From NCBI RefSeq assembly GCF_009914755.1, contig NC_060946.1: a stretch of DNA of 64,000 nucleotides, one strand, 5' to 3'. Numbering within the stretch: the stretch's first letter is position 1; the number at the start of each line of letters is the position of its first letter. This stretch comes from the human T2T-CHM13v2.0 reference genome, Homo sapiens. A program made the translations under genes and the position numbers. Shown in pieces: positions 62,101 to 64,000 of the stretch. The notes under the pieces are model-generated. The model was not told the origin of the DNA and ran no database searches. It saw only the letters and a program-made list of their open reading frames with translations.

Positions 62101-62277
62101 AAAGGGCTGACCAGGCATCAGAGTCAACACAGGGCCAGTATTGCAAGCCCTCCAGGCTGTTCTCACAGTTTAGTTGGTGCCATGGGTACCACCAATGCTG
62201 TGGGTCTAGCTACATCATGTTTATCTGATACCCCTCCCTAATATCTTTCCAAAAATTCCCTTTGTGCTTGAGGCAAC

Positions 62278-62473
62278 TGTTTTGAGTTGAACTATATCTC
62301 ACCCCAAAATGTATATGTTGAAGTCCTAACCCTCAGTACCTCCAAATATGACCAACCCTGCCAACACTTTGGCCTTGGACTTCTAGCCTCCAGAACCATG
62401 AGAAAATTAACAGGTATTATTGAAGCCCTCCAGTCTGTGGTACTTTGTCATGGCAGCCCTATAAGCCAATACA
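62278..62473 (+). mobile_element. MLT1B-like solo LTR with internal deletion
   Basis: Both LTR ends present within 196 bp; TSD gcaac/gcatc. Confidence 0.8.
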
Positions 62474-62539
62474 GCATCCATGGTCAGTTTCCACTATCTG
62501 CAGTCCCTAAGTGATGCAGCTTATGACTTTTAAATTTGA

Positions 62540-62815
62540 GATGGGCGCAGACTGTGGTGATAAGCAGCATGGGATGGAAGTTAAAAGCCTGGACCTTGGA
62601 GTCCAGCTGCCTAGGGTCAGATGTTCACTCTGCCATTTCTACTGCAGGACCCTGGGTCAGACCTTTCATGTCTCTGTGAGCCTTGGGTTGCTCATCTCTA
62701 AAAAGGAGCTAATAGTTTCATTTTCCTCATGGGGGTGCTACAAATAGGATTAAAATATGAAAAATAGAACAGTGCATGGCACAAAGTAAGTGCTGCATAG
62801 GTATTATTTATTACA
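62540..62815 (+). mobile_element. MIR
   Basis: ctctgccatttctactg...tgctcatctctaaaaaggagctaatag...ggcacaaagtaagtgct. Confidence 0.72.
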
Positions 62816-63729
62816 TCTATTGTCCTCTTGGTGGAAAGACAAATGTGTAAGAGAATCAGAGAAGGCTTGTCTTAGAGGTGGGATTGGAGCTGGGCTCTAC
62901 CCAGCCTTCTGTGGGATGTTCTTCTCTCTCAGGTTCTGCCCAAGTGAAGTTTTTCCCCCTTCATCTACCTCAGGACCATGGGGTGGGCGCTCTAGTTCAT
63001 GAGCATCTATGATGAAGAGGCTACATCTACACAAAGATTACCCACCACGTTTTAAGCCATGGAACCATACAAAGAGGAGTTGGGAGAACCCTGCCTCCTC
63101 ACCCCCTTCTCCTTGCCCAACAGTGGGTGGGGGTGGGGGTCTGAGGGTGCTGTGGAGGGCAGTGTGAAAACAGCCAGTTCTAATCCAAACCACCCATTTT
63201 ACACCCGTGGAAACTGAAGCTCAGAGAAGAAAAGTGCTGCCCCCAAAGTCACGTAGCCAGCTCATGGCAGGGCTAAAAGCAGGAGCCAGGTCTTGACACT
63301 GGGAATAAAAAGCCATCATAAACCATTTATGACCCCCTTATGCCAAGAAGAGAAATGATGTGAAGAGAGGAGGAAATAGAGTTTCCTACTGCCTGGAGCA
63401 GCCATGGGATGTCAGTCCTTAGAGGAAACTAAAATGCCGGAGAGATTTGGAAGCTGGGCTGGCAGGCCATGGCCCCTGCACTGACATTACCCCACCCTGA
63501 CCCTAGACAGCCTGGCCCTTGGGCTGCCGGCCCCACACTATGCCCTGCGAGTCACTGACCCTCCTTTCCCTTGCCTCCCTTTCCAGCTGGGGGTCTTCCC
63601 TTACCTCTTCCTCCCTCTCATCTTGATTTGACATGTTGTGGCTTCGTAAAAGGAACATTGAACGAAATAGACAGAGCTGGATCCAGAGGGAAATTTAAAC
63701 TCTTCAGCAGTGGGCACAGTACAGACCCT

Positions 63730-63940
63730 GACTAATCATATGTGCAGTGCTGTGTAAGCAACTTAGGTGTTCATTTCACTCTCACAACCACCCTATAAAG
63801 TAGACACCATTCATAGCCCGCTTTTACACATGAGGAAACGGAGGCACTAGAGCAAGTTGCTCACGTGAGGTTATCAGCTTCCAAGTGGCAGGATTAGAAC
63901 CCTGCTCAAGGCCAAGCCTGTGCACCTGACCACATCTTTA
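63730..63940 (-). mobile_element. MIR
   Basis: ctcacaaccaccctata...ttttacacatgaggaaacggaggcac. Confidence 0.75.
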
Positions 63941-64000
63941 TATGGACCCCAGGTAAATGGAGGTGGCTAAAGTAACCCGTGAATGTGTAATGGTCACTTT

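Noticed and set aside
61585-62166. 193-aa ORF with ER repeats
   Set aside because: Produced by the (CT)n microsatellite; no coding signature

Overview
Primate, most likely human, non-coding genomic DNA (intronic or intergenic, CpG-depleted, no CpG island). I found no protein-coding gene, tRNA, rRNA or CRISPR array. The ORF track is explained by Alu, LTR and microsatellite read-through plus chance ORFs. The window is dominated by interspersed repeats: 22 Alu-family elements (AluJ, AluS, AluY, one monomer), about 19 solo ERVL/MaLR LTRs (MLT1, MST, MLT2, LTR33), L1PA/PB/MA/MB/ME pieces, many MIR and L2 remnants, CR1-type remnants, and DNA transposons (MADE1, MER5, MER53, MER58B x2, MER3, Charlie4a-like). 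Subfamily names are from recalled consensus motifs, not a RepeatMasker run; boundaries of old elements are approximate. The most unusual signal is a set of DNA-capture scars inside or at the edge of repeats. (1) A 224-bp inverted copy of 8065-8286 sits inside an MLT1 LTR. (2) A two-piece patchwork copied from 17609-17686 and 20084-20122 sits at the 5' junction of an L1MB. (3) A 71-bp copy of 47301-47371 sits inside an Alu. (4) A 350-bp orphan segment appears co-inserted with an L1PA 3' end between target-site duplications. These look like fossil repair or retrotransposition events. I cannot support a new functional biological system from the sequence alone.
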